Assembly (NCBI GenBank): GCA_965217865.1
Contig: CBDCJO010000002.1
Span: forward strand, 5,024,001 to 5,088,000
From: Candidatus Latescibacterota bacterium
Lineage (GTDB): Bacteria; Latescibacterota; UBA2968; SICM01
Reading direction: 5' to 3'
Length of the DNA stretch: 64,000 nt
Part shown: positions 42,860 through 53,427 of the stretch, in pieces
How positions within the stretch are numbered: the first letter of the stretch is position 1
Layout of the letters: every line of letters starts with the position of its first letter
Program-made: the position numbers and the translations under genes
The notes under the pieces: model-generated
Databases searched by the model: none
What the model was told of the DNA's origin: nothing
What the model saw: the letters and a program-made list of their open reading frames with translations, nothing else

Positions 42860-43699
42860 TTATGAAACTTCCTGTACTGCCCTTGAGAGATTTTCGAATT
42901 CGGGGATGCTCATCGTCTCCGGCCGGCGCTGGAGATCGATACCGGAACGGGATGCGATCGCTTCCAATTGAGAAGGTCCCAGAGGGTGTCCCGGGAGACT
43001 ACGAAGGGTCCCTCGAAGCATCTTTCTTCGTTGGCCGAATGTCCATCGAACAACCTGGAAAAAGGTCCCTTTGATTGAGGGGGACAACGTATAAGCCGGC
43101 TGGCGCAAGTCGATATCCAGCAGGGTGGATCGGACCCGAGGGGACGGCCTGAAGGCATGGGGCTCAACATCGAACAGGCGTCGTGGGGTCGCACAAATCT
43201 GCACAGCAATAGAAAGAGAACCGTAATCCTTGCTTCCCGGATTTGCGATGATCCGAAGGGCGACTTCGCGCTGAACCATAACAACAACCTTTCGAATCCC
43301 GAATCCTCCTCCCGCGAACCGAAGGATCAACGGGGTCGCAATGTTGTAAGGGAGGTTTCCGACCACCAGTGCACCTGCGTGGTGGTGGTCCCGCGCGATC
43401 GCTCCAAAGTCGACCTCCAGGGCGTCGGCATTAAGGATGTGAAAGCCCTCTGCTGACCCGAAGCGATTCGAAAGGAGGTCGCATAAACCTCGATCGAGTT
43501 CGATTCCCACGACGTTTCGGCCCCGTTGAATCAAAAAGCGGGTAAGGGCTCCCTTGCCCGGACCGATCTCAATCACCAGATCCCCCTTTTGAATCCCCGC
43601 GGACTCCGCAATTCTCTGGGCCACACGGGTATCGGTGAGGAAATTCTGGCCGAGGCTTTTTTTGGGACGGAACCCGCGGTGGCGCGCCCCGGGGGTCAC
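42860..43699 (-). CDS. rsmA: 16S rRNA adenine dimethyltransferase (KsgA)
   Basis: KKSLGQNFL, IEIGPGKGALT, GNLPYNI, MVQREVA, QRRKML. Confidence 0.95.
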   Translation of the reverse strand: MTPGARHRGFRPKKSLGQNFLTDTRVAQRIAESAGIQKGDLVIEIGPGKGALTRFLIQRGRNVVGIELDRGLCDLLSNRFGSAEGFHILNADALEVDFGAIARDHHHAGALVVGNLPYNIATPLILRFAGGGFGIRKVVVMVQREVALRIIANPGSKDYGSLSIAVQICATPRRLFDVEPHAFRPSPRVRSTLLDIDLRQPAYTLSPSIKGTFFQVVRWTFGQRRKMLRGTLRSLPGHPLGPSQLEAIASRSGIDLQRRPETMSIPEFENLSRAVQEVS

Positions 43700-45639
43700 G
43701 AAACTTTCGATCCCGGCTCGGCAGGGCCATCTGTGGTAATCAGCGTCAGACCGCCTTCCCCGTGCGCGGCCAGGAGCATTCCATCGGACTCGATTCCCCT
43801 GATTCGAGCGGCTTTGAGGTTGGACACCACAACGATCTGTTTGCCGACAAGGGATTCGGGGGCGTATTCTTGGGCGACTCCGGCCACGATCTGGCGCTTC
43901 GAATCGCCAAGGTCGATCTGGAGCTTGAGGAGCTTGTCCGCCCCGGAGACACGCTCTGCGGTAAGGACCGTGGCCACCCGCAGTTTCAGTTTTTGAAATT
44001 CGGTGATATCGATTTGCTCCATATCCTTTTGCTCCGTTCGTTTTCCGCCATCCAATGACTTTGAACTTTGAGGTGCACTATGAACGGGGTTCGTTGTCCC
44101 CTCGATGCGGGGGAAAAGGGCCTTTGATTCTGCGAGTTGGGAACCGGATTGGATTCCCCCCCAAGTTTTGACGGCATCCAAACCCTCTTTTTCCAGATCG
44201 ATCCGAAGACCGATCTGTTTCCAGATCTCCGAGGCCTTTCCGGGCATAAATGGAGTGAGCAGGATGGACAGATAACGAAGTGTCTCGAGAAGGACGTAAA
44301 GAACGGTCTCCAGATCCTCCCGTCTGGATGGATCTTTCGCGAGGGCCCAGGGGGCGTGGACTTCGATATAGCGGTTGGCCTCCCTGACGAGATTCCATAT
44401 CGCGTCCAATATACCGTTCAGATTGAGCTCGGGAATTCCGCGCTCGATGATACGGACGGTTTCCAGAGCTACCTCGCGAAGGGGTGAGGTCAGATCCCGA
44501 TCCCGGGGAGCTGGGGGGACCTTCCCATCCGCGTAGCGATTCGCCATGACAATCGTTCGGTTGACGAGATTGCCGAGGTCGTTGGCAAGATCGGCGTTGT
44601 ATCGGTCGATGAAACGGTCCATCGAAAAATTTCCGTCCTCGGTCGTTGGAATTTCACGGAGGAGGTAATACCGGAGACTGTCTGTCCCGTATCTTCGTGA
44701 CACTTCGACGGGATCTATGACATTACCGGAGGACTTGCTCATCCTTTGTCCCTTGTGGTTGTTCACGAATCCGTGGATGAAAACGGACCGGGGGAGGGGC
44801 AGCCCCGCGGAAAGGAGCATTCCGGGCCAGATCACCGTGTGGAAGCGCGTAATATCCTTTCCGATGCAATGGAGGTCGGCGGGCCAGTACTTCTGAAAGA
44901 GGGTGGACTCTTCCGCGTAGTCGACAGCAGAGAGGTAGTTGGTGAGGGCATCTCCCCACACGTACACGGTCTGCTCCGGGTCTTCGGGCACGGGTATTCC
45001 CCAGGGCAGAGATTTCCGGGTACGGGAGAAGCTGATATCTTTCAAACCCTCCCGCAGAAGGTTCAAAACTTCATTTTTTCGAGTTTCCGGGATGATCCTG
45101 AGTTCGTCCGATTTGACCCGGGAAGCGATTTCTTCAGAGTACCGGGAAAGACGGAAGAAATAGTTCTCTTCGTGAATCGACTCCAGCTCGAGGGTCGGGT
45201 GGAGCGGGCACACGCCATCCAGGATATCTCTATCCGTAAGGAATTTTTCACAGCCTGAGCAGTAGAGTCCTTCGTAGTATTGTTTGTATATGTCTCCGGC
45301 CGCCGCCATCCCGCTCCATAATTTTCGGACCGAGGGCCAGTGTCGACCGCGGTCCATGGTCCGGATGTAATCATCGTAACGGATGTTGAGAAGCCGATTG
45401 AGTTCCAAGAAGGCAGCGGTATTCTCTTCCACGAGATCTTCGGGGGGAACGCCGAGGGCTTTGGCGGTACGGTAGAGTTTAATTCCGTGTTCATCCGCGC
45501 CAGTCAGGAAACGGACATCGTATCCCGCCAGACGGTGAAGGTGCGCGATGGCGTCGGCCTGGATAAATTCCAGTGCGTGACCTATATGGGGCTTCGCATT
45601 TACATATGCGATGGCGGTGGTAATGTAGAACTTTTTCAT
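43696..45639 (-). CDS. metG: Methionine--tRNA ligase with a C-terminal tRNA-binding domain
   Basis: YVNAKPHIGH, YVWGDALTNY, GKDITRFH, RMSKS, LANDLGNL, C-terminal RQIVAG...SDGMLL. Confidence 0.97.
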   Translation of the reverse strand: MKKFYITTAIAYVNAKPHIGHALEFIQADAIAHLHRLAGYDVRFLTGADEHGIKLYRTAKALGVPPEDLVEENTAAFLELNRLLNIRYDDYIRTMDRGRHWPSVRKLWSGMAAAGDIYKQYYEGLYCSGCEKFLTDRDILDGVCPLHPTLELESIHEENYFFRLSRYSEEIASRVKSDELRIIPETRKNEVLNLLREGLKDISFSRTRKSLPWGIPVPEDPEQTVYVWGDALTNYLSAVDYAEESTLFQKYWPADLHCIGKDITRFHTVIWPGMLLSAGLPLPRSVFIHGFVNNHKGQRMSKSSGNVIDPVEVSRRYGTDSLRYYLLREIPTTEDGNFSMDRFIDRYNADLANDLGNLVNRTIVMANRYADGKVPPAPRDRDLTSPLREVALETVRIIERGIPELNLNGILDAIWNLVREANRYIEVHAPWALAKDPSRREDLETVLYVLLETLRYLSILLTPFMPGKASEIWKQIGLRIDLEKEGLDAVKTWGGIQSGSQLAESKALFPRIEGTTNPVHSAPQSSKSLDGGKRTEQKDMEQIDITEFQKLKLRVATVLTAERVSGADKLLKLQIDLGDSKRQIVAGVAQEYAPESLVGKQIVVVSNLKAARIRGIESDGMLLAAHGEGGLTLITTDGPAEPGSKVS

Positions 45640-45807
45640 CGACTCAATCGTTTAGTAGGTTGATCAGGAACGTGAGATCCATTCGATACTTCCTTCACTT
45701 CAGTACGTTCGCTCAGGGAAAGACTTCGGCTTCGCCGCCAAGAGATGCAGCCCCAGGATAGGCCCTGGCTCTGCCGCCAACCCAGGACGGCGGAAGGAGA
45801 AGATGAA

Positions 45808-46902
45808 TTAATCCGAACTTTTCATGCGGGTGCGGCGGATCTGTGCCCATAAGGCCAACAGGATGAGGGATATGTTGACATTACGTCGATACATATCCCG
45901 ACATCTCTCGAGCTCCGCAAGCGTTTCAAACACCGCTTCCGGGTTCAAAGGGGGCGCCAATTTCTTTATATCCCGAATCCGGTCTTCGAATAGAAGACTC
46001 TGGGTGAAACCTTCCCTGAATAGAAATACATCCCGCAACCAGATCCCGATGGGCTCGAAAAGTTCTTCAATCGGATTTCGGTCTCTGGTCCATTTTTCGA
46101 TCAGGGGTACCACAGCCATGTCGTCCCTGAAGAGGCCGTCGTGCAAAAAGATATAGGCCTGGTTCCTGAGGTTTTCAACATCCTGGCCTTCCAGCTGGTA
46201 GGCTCTGGACAGACTTCCCTGGCAGAGTCTTGAAATGATGGGCAAACTGGCTTCCGGGATCTCTGTGGTGGCTCTCAGGGCCTTCCGGATATCCTCGGTG
46301 GAAAGCGGGTGGAACCTGATTCTTTGACACCTTGAAACGATGGTCGGCAATAGGGCATTGGGCTTTGAGGTGGCAAGAATCAAGATGGTATTTGGAAGCG
46401 GTTCCTCAAGAATTTTTAAGAGGGCGTTTGCGGACTCTCGGCGCATCCGCTCTGGTTCCAGGAAGATCGCCACCCGGCAGTCCCCTTCGTGCAGGCTCTT
46501 TGCCAGGTCCCTCTGCAGACGCCGGACGCGGCCAATCGGGATGGTATCAGAAAGCCCCGAACCGGGATATCGATACGGATCCCGGGAAAGTGCAGCCCTG
46601 ATTCGAACCTCCACCTCCGGATCGACATCTTCGTGCTCACCCCGTCCCCGTTTAGCAGGGAAGAGGAGGTGGACATCTGGATGTGTCAGTTTAATAATTT
46701 TTCCACAAGGAGGGCAGCTGCCGCACGGGTCCGGCCCCTCACTTTGGCAGTTGACGGCTCGAGCAAGGGCGAGCGCAAGGGGGGTCTTCCCGACACCTTT
46801 CGGTCCGGAAAACAGGAGGGCGTGCGGAATACGATGCGCCCGGACGGCTCGACGAAGGACCTCTTTGGCATGATCCTGGCCCAGTACGGAATCGAAGGAC
46901 AT
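45808..46902 (-). CDS. holB: DNA polymerase III subunit delta'
   Basis: HALLFSGPKGVGK, PCGSCPPC...HPD, ANALLKILEEP, LLPTIVSRCQ. Confidence 0.92.
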   Translation of the reverse strand: MSFDSVLGQDHAKEVLRRAVRAHRIPHALLFSGPKGVGKTPLALALARAVNCQSEGPDPCGSCPPCGKIIKLTHPDVHLLFPAKRGRGEHEDVDPEVEVRIRAALSRDPYRYPGSGLSDTIPIGRVRRLQRDLAKSLHEGDCRVAIFLEPERMRRESANALLKILEEPLPNTILILATSKPNALLPTIVSRCQRIRFHPLSTEDIRKALRATTEIPEASLPIISRLCQGSLSRAYQLEGQDVENLRNQAYIFLHDGLFRDDMAVVPLIEKWTRDRNPIEELFEPIGIWLRDVFLFREGFTQSLLFEDRIRDIKKLAPPLNPEAVFETLAELERCRDMYRRNVNISLILLALWAQIRRTRMKSSD

Positions 46903-47001
46903 TATATCTTATTCTTGTTCGCGAATGATTGAAGACACGTAATTTCGGATTGAACTTTCTTACATTGAAGCAGTGATGCGGGAAAAGTCACGTGGTTTAA
47001 G

Positions 47002-47030
47002 AAACTACTTTTGTCCACCGGGCGTGTCAA
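47002..47030 (-). promoter_or_regulatory. sigma70-type promoter of holB
   Basis: TTGACA-N17-TAGTTT. Confidence 0.5.
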
Positions 47031-47071
47031 GAGGGATGCGCTAATCGATATTAACTCAATAACCCGTCGAT

Positions 47072-47563
47072 TTACGGCCAGGGATCCTCGCTGATTCTCT
47101 TCAGCATAACGATCGCATCTTCCCCGGGATGGGCATAATAATTTTCACGTATGGCGATCTGCGAGAACCCGGCTTTTTCATAGAGGGCGATTGCCGGCGC
47201 GTTGGACATCCTAACTTCGAGCGTGATGAGCTTTGAACCCTCGTCCTTCACACGGTTCACTACGCTTGACAGGAGGAAAGTCCCCAACCCTTGGCACTGT
47301 ATATCGCGTCTGATGGCCAGGCTGGCAAGATGGAACTCCTGACGCACGAAAAAGCCCAGCGCGTAGCCGACCAGGAGATTCGAATTGTAAGCCACGATGG
47401 CGTACCCGTTGGGTTTATTCAGGACGTATTCGAAGTCGTCTCTTTTCCAGGGATGAGGAAAGGCTTCCTGCTCTATCTTCAACACCCTTTCAATGTGGTC
47501 AAAGGACATCGAAATGATATCGAGGGGAGGCTCGGGATTCATCTGTTCTGCGGCCTGGGACAT
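47072..47563 (-). CDS. rimI: Ribosomal protein S18 alanine N-acetyltransferase
   Basis: IEQEAF.HPW, QGLG..LL, LEVRMSN..AI.LY.K.GF, RENYY...EDAIVM; follows tsaB. Confidence 0.9.
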   Translation of the reverse strand: MSQAAEQMNPEPPLDIISMSFDHIERVLKIEQEAFPHPWKRDDFEYVLNKPNGYAIVAYNSNLLVGYALGFFVRQEFHLASLAIRRDIQCQGLGTFLLSSVVNRVKDEGSKLITLEVRMSNAPAIALYEKAGFSQIAIRENYYAHPGEDAIVMLKRISEDPWP

Positions 47564-47624
47564 AGCACATTCCTCTCCGGAAGGTAGAATTCTGAATTCA
47601 CAATCCAGGATAAACCAAAACTTT

Positions 47625-48356
47625 TCATTCTGAATTCTGCACTCTGACCGTTCTGACTCCTGATTTCCGCTTTTCTTTCGCTTTTAGTTCAGCTTCAGAT
47701 TTCCTGAGGTAAACGGGTTCGACCCTCACCAGGTCCTCGGACTCTCCACGCTTCAGTCTTTGAATACCCAGCAATGCCACAAAAGAGGCCGACGGCCTGT
47801 CAAGTGGAAGGGGGGCGAATCTTGCATTTTCTCCGAGTGCCGCCACAATTTCTTTGCGATAGCATCTCGCCCCTTCCCCGGCAAAAAAGACTGACCCCGT
47901 CAACTCCGCAAGAAACATGGTGGGGGGGACAGCGACCGGAGCGATCAGGGTTGTGGGTTCTCCGGATGAGGTGTCATACAACGCGGTATAGATCTCCTTT
48001 TTACGAGCGTCAAGTGCCGGGCAGACAGGTATTGCCGCGTGCTTGAATTGAGAGGCCATGGCTTCCAGGGTAGAAACTGTGAAGAGAGGCACGCCCGCCG
48101 TCCAGCAAAGAGATTTTGCGGTTGTTAATCCGATTCGGAGGCCCGTGAAGGACCCCGGGCCAATTGAGATTGCGATTCCATCAAGATCTCCGAGCTTCAG
48201 ACCGGTTTCATCCAGGACATCCCGGATCATCGGCAGGAGCCGCTCAGCGTGATATGTCCCTATATTCAGGCTGCGTTCGCATAGGATAATATCCGCGTGT
48301 GCGATGGCGACGCTGCAGACGGATGTGGCCGTTTCGATCGCTAAAATGGTTGGCAC
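47625..48356 (-). CDS. tsaB: tRNA t6A biosynthesis protein TsaB
   Basis: ILAIETAT, HAERL, GPGSFTGLRIG, DARKKEIY, P.YLRKSEAE. Confidence 0.93.
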   Translation of the reverse strand: MPTILAIETATSVCSVAIAHADIILCERSLNIGTYHAERLLPMIRDVLDETGLKLGDLDGIAISIGPGSFTGLRIGLTTAKSLCWTAGVPLFTVSTLEAMASQFKHAAIPVCPALDARKKEIYTALYDTSSGEPTTLIAPVAVPPTMFLAELTGSVFFAGEGARCYRKEIVAALGENARFAPLPLDRPSASFVALLGIQRLKRGESEDLVRVEPVYLRKSEAELKAKEKRKSGVRTVRVQNSE

Positions 48357-48465
48357 GTGAAATATCCGGATATAAACGATTGAGCGTTGCCCGAAGAGAA
48401 GCCTGGGCCCTGCTGTAGGACTGAATGATTGACCTTCCGTCCATACCTCATCCCGATGCTCATTA

Positions 48466-49584
48466 TCACAACAACCGGGCTTTCCGAACACAATCAGACA
48501 GGATCCGGATGCCTGTCTCGATTTCGTCGACGCTCGGGTATCCGAAGGCCAGTCTGACGTATTTCAGGTCGTGTCCGTAAACGTGGAAGGCTTTCCCGGG
48601 TGCGTATTCGACGCCTTTCGAGGATGCCAACTGCTGGAGAGCATCCATGTCGGTTTGCTCCGGAATCTCGACCCAGATGAAGAGTCCCCCGATCGGGTGA
48701 GACCAGGAGGCGATATCTCCCATGTGCCGCTGGAGGGAATTGATAACCGCATCGCGTTTTTTCTTGAGGATCCGACTGATTTTGGCGACATGGTCCCACA
48801 TATTCTCCCGGAAGTATTCCCCAACAATACAAGCAGCCAGGACACTGTTTCCCCCGTCGAACCGGCGTTCCAGGATGCGATCCATCAATGCCGGTCTTGA
48901 TAGAAAATAACCCAGACGTACCCCGGGGGCCAGGACTTTTGAGAGGGAACAGATATATATTACATTGTCGCTTCCATCCAGAGTGTAGAAGGCCGGTACG
49001 TGCCCGCCCCCGAATTTCACATCGGCGTAGCAGTTGTCTTCAACAATAATGGTGCCGTTTCGGTTTGCGATATTCAGGATCTGCTTCCTGCGTTCCAGAG
49101 GCATGACCGAACCGGTGGGGTTCTGATAAGTTGCCAGTATGTAAATGAATTTCGGCCGCCGATCTTCCGCGGCCAGTTGCCGGATCTTCGCTTCAAGGAG
49201 GTCCGGCCGCATACCATCCGCATCGAGGGGGATCCCCACCAGTTCTGCCCCGATCCTTTTGTAAGCACCGATGGTTCCGGAATAGGTGAATTCCTCCGTG
49301 ATGATGACGTCCCCGGGTTTTTCTGAAAACGTCTCGGCCATCAGGGTCACCGCCTGCATGGACCCTGTTGTCAGTGCGATATCATCCGGCGAGACGGTCA
49401 CGGCTTCACGTTTTGACTCCCGGGCAGCCATCACCTCCCGCAGTCCGACGTGTCCCCGGTCTCCCGGATAGAGGACGAAGTCGCCGCCGATCCTGGGGAT
49501 GGCGTGGATGGCGGCTTCAACGAGGCCTTCCGTGGGGAAGGAGCCTGGGTCAGGACGGCCGCTTCCGAATGGATATGTCTTCAA
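48466..49584 (-). CDS. PLP-dependent class I aminotransferase (MocR/LysN-like)
   Basis: YQNPTG, IVEDNCY, SLSKVLAPGVRLG, GGLFIW, RLAFG. Confidence 0.85.
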   Translation of the reverse strand: MKTYPFGSGRPDPGSFPTEGLVEAAIHAIPRIGGDFVLYPGDRGHVGLREVMAARESKREAVTVSPDDIALTTGSMQAVTLMAETFSEKPGDVIITEEFTYSGTIGAYKRIGAELVGIPLDADGMRPDLLEAKIRQLAAEDRRPKFIYILATYQNPTGSVMPLERRKQILNIANRNGTIIVEDNCYADVKFGGGHVPAFYTLDGSDNVIYICSLSKVLAPGVRLGYFLSRPALMDRILERRFDGGNSVLAACIVGEYFRENMWDHVAKISRILKKKRDAVINSLQRHMGDIASWSHPIGGLFIWVEIPEQTDMDALQQLASSKGVEYAPGKAFHVYGHDLKYVRLAFGYPSVDEIETGIRILSDCVRKARLL

Positions 49585-50412
49585 TGGACATCCGAAAATA
49601 GGGGTCAGGTGCCGGGGGTCGGAAATGATGTTTCTCCCGAAATTCTCTCTTTACTTTCCGTTAGGGACGGCTACATCCCATCGTAATTCAGGACGACTTT
49701 TATCGCCCCGTCGGTTCGTCGGGTGAATATCTCAAATCCTCGTTGCACACGGTCGAAAGGCAATTTGTGGGAGATGATGGGCGAGACGTTCACGCGTCCC
49801 TGAACGATCATGTCCATTGCCAGGGGAATATCGTTCTGCATCTCGGGACCGACCGACCCGATAAGCGTGAGGTTTTGGCGGTAGAACCGGCCAAAATCAA
49901 AACGGTATACCTCATCATCCGGCACGCCGAATGCCAATATCGTTCCCCCTCTCTTCACCAGGTGGAGGCACTGATTCAAAGTTTCCTGCTGGTGTCCGAC
50001 TATCTCCACCACGAGATCTGCCATTCGGCCTTCGGTTACCTCCCGGACTAATTCGATCGCATCTTCCTTGTCCACGTTGACCGTATGGGTGGCGTGCATC
50101 TGTTTCGAAACCAGGAGGCGATAATCAAGCTTGTCGAGGGAAACGACCGTCTTTGCGCCCAGGTTGCTGAGGACATGTGTCATCAAAAGGCCCATCGGCC
50201 CATGGCCCATCACAACGGTATCTTTTAATAGCATGTTGGGAAGTTTTCGACAAGCCCACAAGACTGTGCCCAGGGGTTGGGACAAAAGGAGTTGTTCCTT
50301 CTGTGGAACGGTGAGGAGGGGGACGGTTCTGCCTTCCGTTGTCAGAAAGTATTCCGCCAGGCCGTTTGACTCTTCCGGGATGGCGATGACCGGATCGCCC
50401 TCCTTGAGCCTA

Positions 50413-51940
50413 GCAGCCTGTTGAAAAAGTGCGTTTATGCCAAGATGACTGTTGTCTTTCCTTGTGGTTTGGTCCTATGATATATCAGGTTCAAACTGAG
50501 AAGGGAGGACGAGCAAATGGCAATGGGAAAACGAGGACGACAGAGACAGGAAAACCTGTTCATCGCATCGAACACTTTGGTGAAATCTCCGGGTCATCCG
50601 TTCTACGAGAAGCTGAATCAGGTATTGGGGGCGAACGGCTTCGACGAGTTCGTCGAGGGGCTTTGCCAGCGGTATTACGCTCCTCATATGGGTCGCAAGG
50701 GCATTCCGCCCGGGGTTTATTTTCGGATGCTTTTGATTGGGTATTTCGAGGGACTTGATTCGGAACGTGGGATCGAATGGCGTGTATCTGACTCGCTGAC
50801 GTTGCGCCGGTTTTTGGGGTATGCCCTTGACGAACAGACCCCGGATCATTCCAGCCTGTCTCGCATCCGGCATCGGCTTCCCTTGGAAGTTCACGAAGCG
50901 GTTTTCAAGTGGATCCTGAGGGTCTTGTGCAAAGCGGGTCTGGTGAAGGGGAAGACGTTGGGCGTGGATGCTACGACACTGGAGGCCAACGCCGCGATGC
51001 GCAGCATTGTACGCCGTGACACGGGTGAAGGCTACCAGGCATTCCTTGAGAATCTGGCCAAGGCCTCGGGCATTGAAACGCCTACCCGCGAGGACTTGTC
51101 CAAGATCGATAAGAAGCGACCGAAGAAGGGATCGAACCAGGACTGGGAGCACCCGCACGACCCGGATGCCAAGATCGCTAAGATGAAGGACGGTCGCACG
51201 CACATGGCGCACAAGGTGGAGCACGCGGTGGATCTGGACACCAATGCCATTGTGGCAGTGGCGTTGTCGGGAGCAGATGAAGGAGATACCGAGTCGTTGC
51301 CCTGGACGCTGCTCGAGGCGCAGCTCAATCTCAAGCAGGTCGCGAAGGACGAAAAAGCTGCCAAACGTTTGCACAGACAGCGTATACGGGAGGTGGTTGC
51401 GGACAAAGGATATCATAGCAACGATGTATTGACCAGTCTGAAGCAAGGCGGCATCCGGAGTTACATTTCAGAACCGGATCGGGGACGCCGCAAGTGGAAC
51501 GGCCGACGAGATGAGCAGGCCGCGGTATATGCGAATCGACGCCGGATCAAGGGAGATCGCGGCAAGGTCTTGCGCCGAAGTCGTGCAGAACGGGTGGAAA
51601 GAACCATCGCTCACACATATGATACCGGTGGCATGCGCAGGTTGCACTTGAGAGACCGCGGCAATATCCTCAAGCGTTTGCTGATCCACATCGGGGGCTG
51701 CAACCTGGCTCTGCTCATGCGCAAAGTGATGGGCGTAGGTACTCCGAAGGCCCTCCAGGACCTGGCCAAGGCCTTGCAGCGTCTACTGCTCGTCCTACAA
51801 TCACGTTTGCTGCCCTCGGTCACCTTTTTAACCTCTTATCAGCGTCTCCTGCTCAATCTCCTTACCTTGATTTATCTGACCCGCACTCCAGGCGTCTTTT
51901 CCGTTTATGTGCGTTGAAAGGTAGTTCTTCAACGGGCTGC
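50413..51940 (+). mobile_element. Complete insertion sequence (IS1182/IS5-type), 1528 bp
   Basis: Terminal inverted repeats GCAGCCTGTTGAAAAA and TTCTTCAACGGGCTGC, flanked by a TA duplication (could be read as CTA). Confidence 0.9.
50517..51917 (+). CDS. DDE transposase (DUF772 plus DDE_Tnp_1 architecture)
   Basis: TPDHSSLSRIR, GVDATTLEANA, VVADKGY, RVERTIAH. Confidence 0.92.
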   Translation: MAMGKRGRQRQENLFIASNTLVKSPGHPFYEKLNQVLGANGFDEFVEGLCQRYYAPHMGRKGIPPGVYFRMLLIGYFEGLDSERGIEWRVSDSLTLRRFLGYALDEQTPDHSSLSRIRHRLPLEVHEAVFKWILRVLCKAGLVKGKTLGVDATTLEANAAMRSIVRRDTGEGYQAFLENLAKASGIETPTREDLSKIDKKRPKKGSNQDWEHPHDPDAKIAKMKDGRTHMAHKVEHAVDLDTNAIVAVALSGADEGDTESLPWTLLEAQLNLKQVAKDEKAAKRLHRQRIREVVADKGYHSNDVLTSLKQGGIRSYISEPDRGRRKWNGRRDEQAAVYANRRRIKGDRGKVLRRSRAERVERTIAHTYDTGGMRRLHLRDRGNILKRLLIHIGGCNLALLMRKVMGVGTPKALQDLAKALQRLLLVLQSRLLPSVTFLTSYQRLLLNLLTLIYLTRTPGVFSVYVR

Positions 51941-52180
51941 TAAGGGACCTCGATGCAGAAATTACACCGATGCATTCATGGGCGGAGAGGCCCGGGGGGA
52001 ATGGATATTCGGTCGGTGGATGTTCGTAAGCGAACGTCGCGATGTCGGAACCGCAGATCCCTGCGAGTTCAACCTTAACGATGATCGCTCCCATGGATTG
52101 GGGGGCAAGGTTTGGCGCGGGTACATCCACGATCTCGAATCGTTTCGGGGCGACGAGTTGGGCGGCTTTCATGATAAAAC

Positions 52181-52215
52181 CGTGAATCGTGAATCGTTGT
52201 TCGTGGATCGCAAAG
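52181..52215. repeat. Degenerate heptamer array (CGTGAAT)n
   Basis: CGTGAAT CGTGAAT CGTTGTT CGTGGAT CGCAAAG. Confidence 0.65.
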
Positions 52216-52387
52216 TCAAGCGCGCGAGTCTCGGATTAAAACCGAGGCCACGAAGGACGACCATTCTTTGGTTGGCTGGCACCCGGTACTGATCCTTGGG
52301 ACCCTTCTCGGGTATAATCGAGGGCCAATAACTCTGGGACGTATCCATAGGACCACAAAATCGAACCGAGGATAAAATATTTACCTT

Positions 52388-53392
52388 TCATGTTTTCAGT
52401 TCGTTTGTAATGACCCGAATTGTGCTGGAGAGGGACGCACCAGGCTCCAGGACGATAAGGCCCGCATCGACACCCTTCGGCTGGAGGTTGAAGGCGTCGG
52501 TGGTACACGTATAGGGTTCGAAACAGATCGACGCGCGACCTGGAGGCGTGTAGACGACGACTTGGAAAAAAGGGCCGTCGGATTCGACGACGAGCTCCAC
52601 CCCTGCACCCCGGTCCGTCAGCGTAGACCGCAACAGACCGTCGGGGTCGTTGACGACGTCCGTGAACACCGCATCGAACGTGGCTCCGGCCATCGATTTG
52701 CCAGCGAGAAGGTTTAGTGCCCCGTCGGCGGGGAGCAGGCGACCTGTCGGGAGGAGATCGTCCAGTTCCCAGAGCTTTCGAACCGGAACCCGCACCGTAC
52801 ATAACGCAGGATCACCCCCGGGAAGGAGTGGGGCCAAGAAGTAGGGGTGGATGCCGTATCCGACGGGCATGCGTGACGTTCCGACGTTTTCTCCCTTAAA
52901 AGCGTGTGTCAGCACTCCCGCTTCGAGGCCGATCGTCAATTCCGCTCTAAAAGGGAAGGGGAACTGGCGGTGAACATCTGGATGATCGGCCGAGTCGAAC
53001 GACAGGGTCAGGGAAGCAAGACCCGAATCAACGCTTTCGAGGACCCTCCACGGGCGGTTGTTCACAAACCCATGGATCGTGTTTCCACCCGGTTCAGGGA
53101 CGTCCATCTGATAGTTCTTCCCTTCGAATTCGAAACGCCCTCCCCGGACTCTGTTCGGAAAGGGAAACAAGATCGGGTAGCCGAAGCCCGAGGGGTGATC
53201 GGACAGGGAGCGAGGATCGGGCGGTGGCTCGAGGATGTCGAAGCGACGGCCGGAGAACTCCCGGGAGAATGCGATACAATTCGCCCCGATCGATGGAAGG
53301 ATCTTCGCTTCGGTCCGGGTCTCATCGTCGCGAAGGAGGTAGATTGTTTCTCCTTCAAACAGACCCTGTTGGACGGTGTATCGGTTGGACAT
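52388..53392 (-). CDS. Aldose 1-epimerase family protein
   Basis: PILFPFPNRV, IHGFV, GIHPYF, ICFEPYT. Confidence 0.88.
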   Translation of the reverse strand: MSNRYTVQQGLFEGETIYLLRDDETRTEAKILPSIGANCIAFSREFSGRRFDILEPPPDPRSLSDHPSGFGYPILFPFPNRVRGGRFEFEGKNYQMDVPEPGGNTIHGFVNNRPWRVLESVDSGLASLTLSFDSADHPDVHRQFPFPFRAELTIGLEAGVLTHAFKGENVGTSRMPVGYGIHPYFLAPLLPGGDPALCTVRVPVRKLWELDDLLPTGRLLPADGALNLLAGKSMAGATFDAVFTDVVNDPDGLLRSTLTDRGAGVELVVESDGPFFQVVVYTPPGRASICFEPYTCTTDAFNLQPKGVDAGLIVLEPGASLSSTIRVITNELKT

Positions 53393-53427
53393 TTGACCAT
53401 TCCTCAAATAATCCGCATAGATCATTA

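Larger units (their letters stand above)
49671..52172 (-). pseudogene. Zinc-binding (MDR family) dehydrogenase interrupted by an IS
   Basis: N-part 51941-52172 (GICGSD, AHECIG) and C-part 49671-50412 (GHGPMG, KVVL) rejoin in frame as SRSLRLKEGDPV when the IS and one TA are removed. Confidence 0.9.

Noticed and set aside
45680-45800. REP/MITE-like fragments (TTCGCTCAGGG, repeated GCCGCCAA and CCCAGGA) between holB and metG
   Set aside because: Degenerate and single-copy in this window; no T-box or SAM riboswitch motifs.
52236-52391. 51-aa ORF MKGKYFILGSILWS..., start overlapping the epimerase stop
   Set aside because: May be a remnant of a secreted-protein gene but has no recognisable domain.
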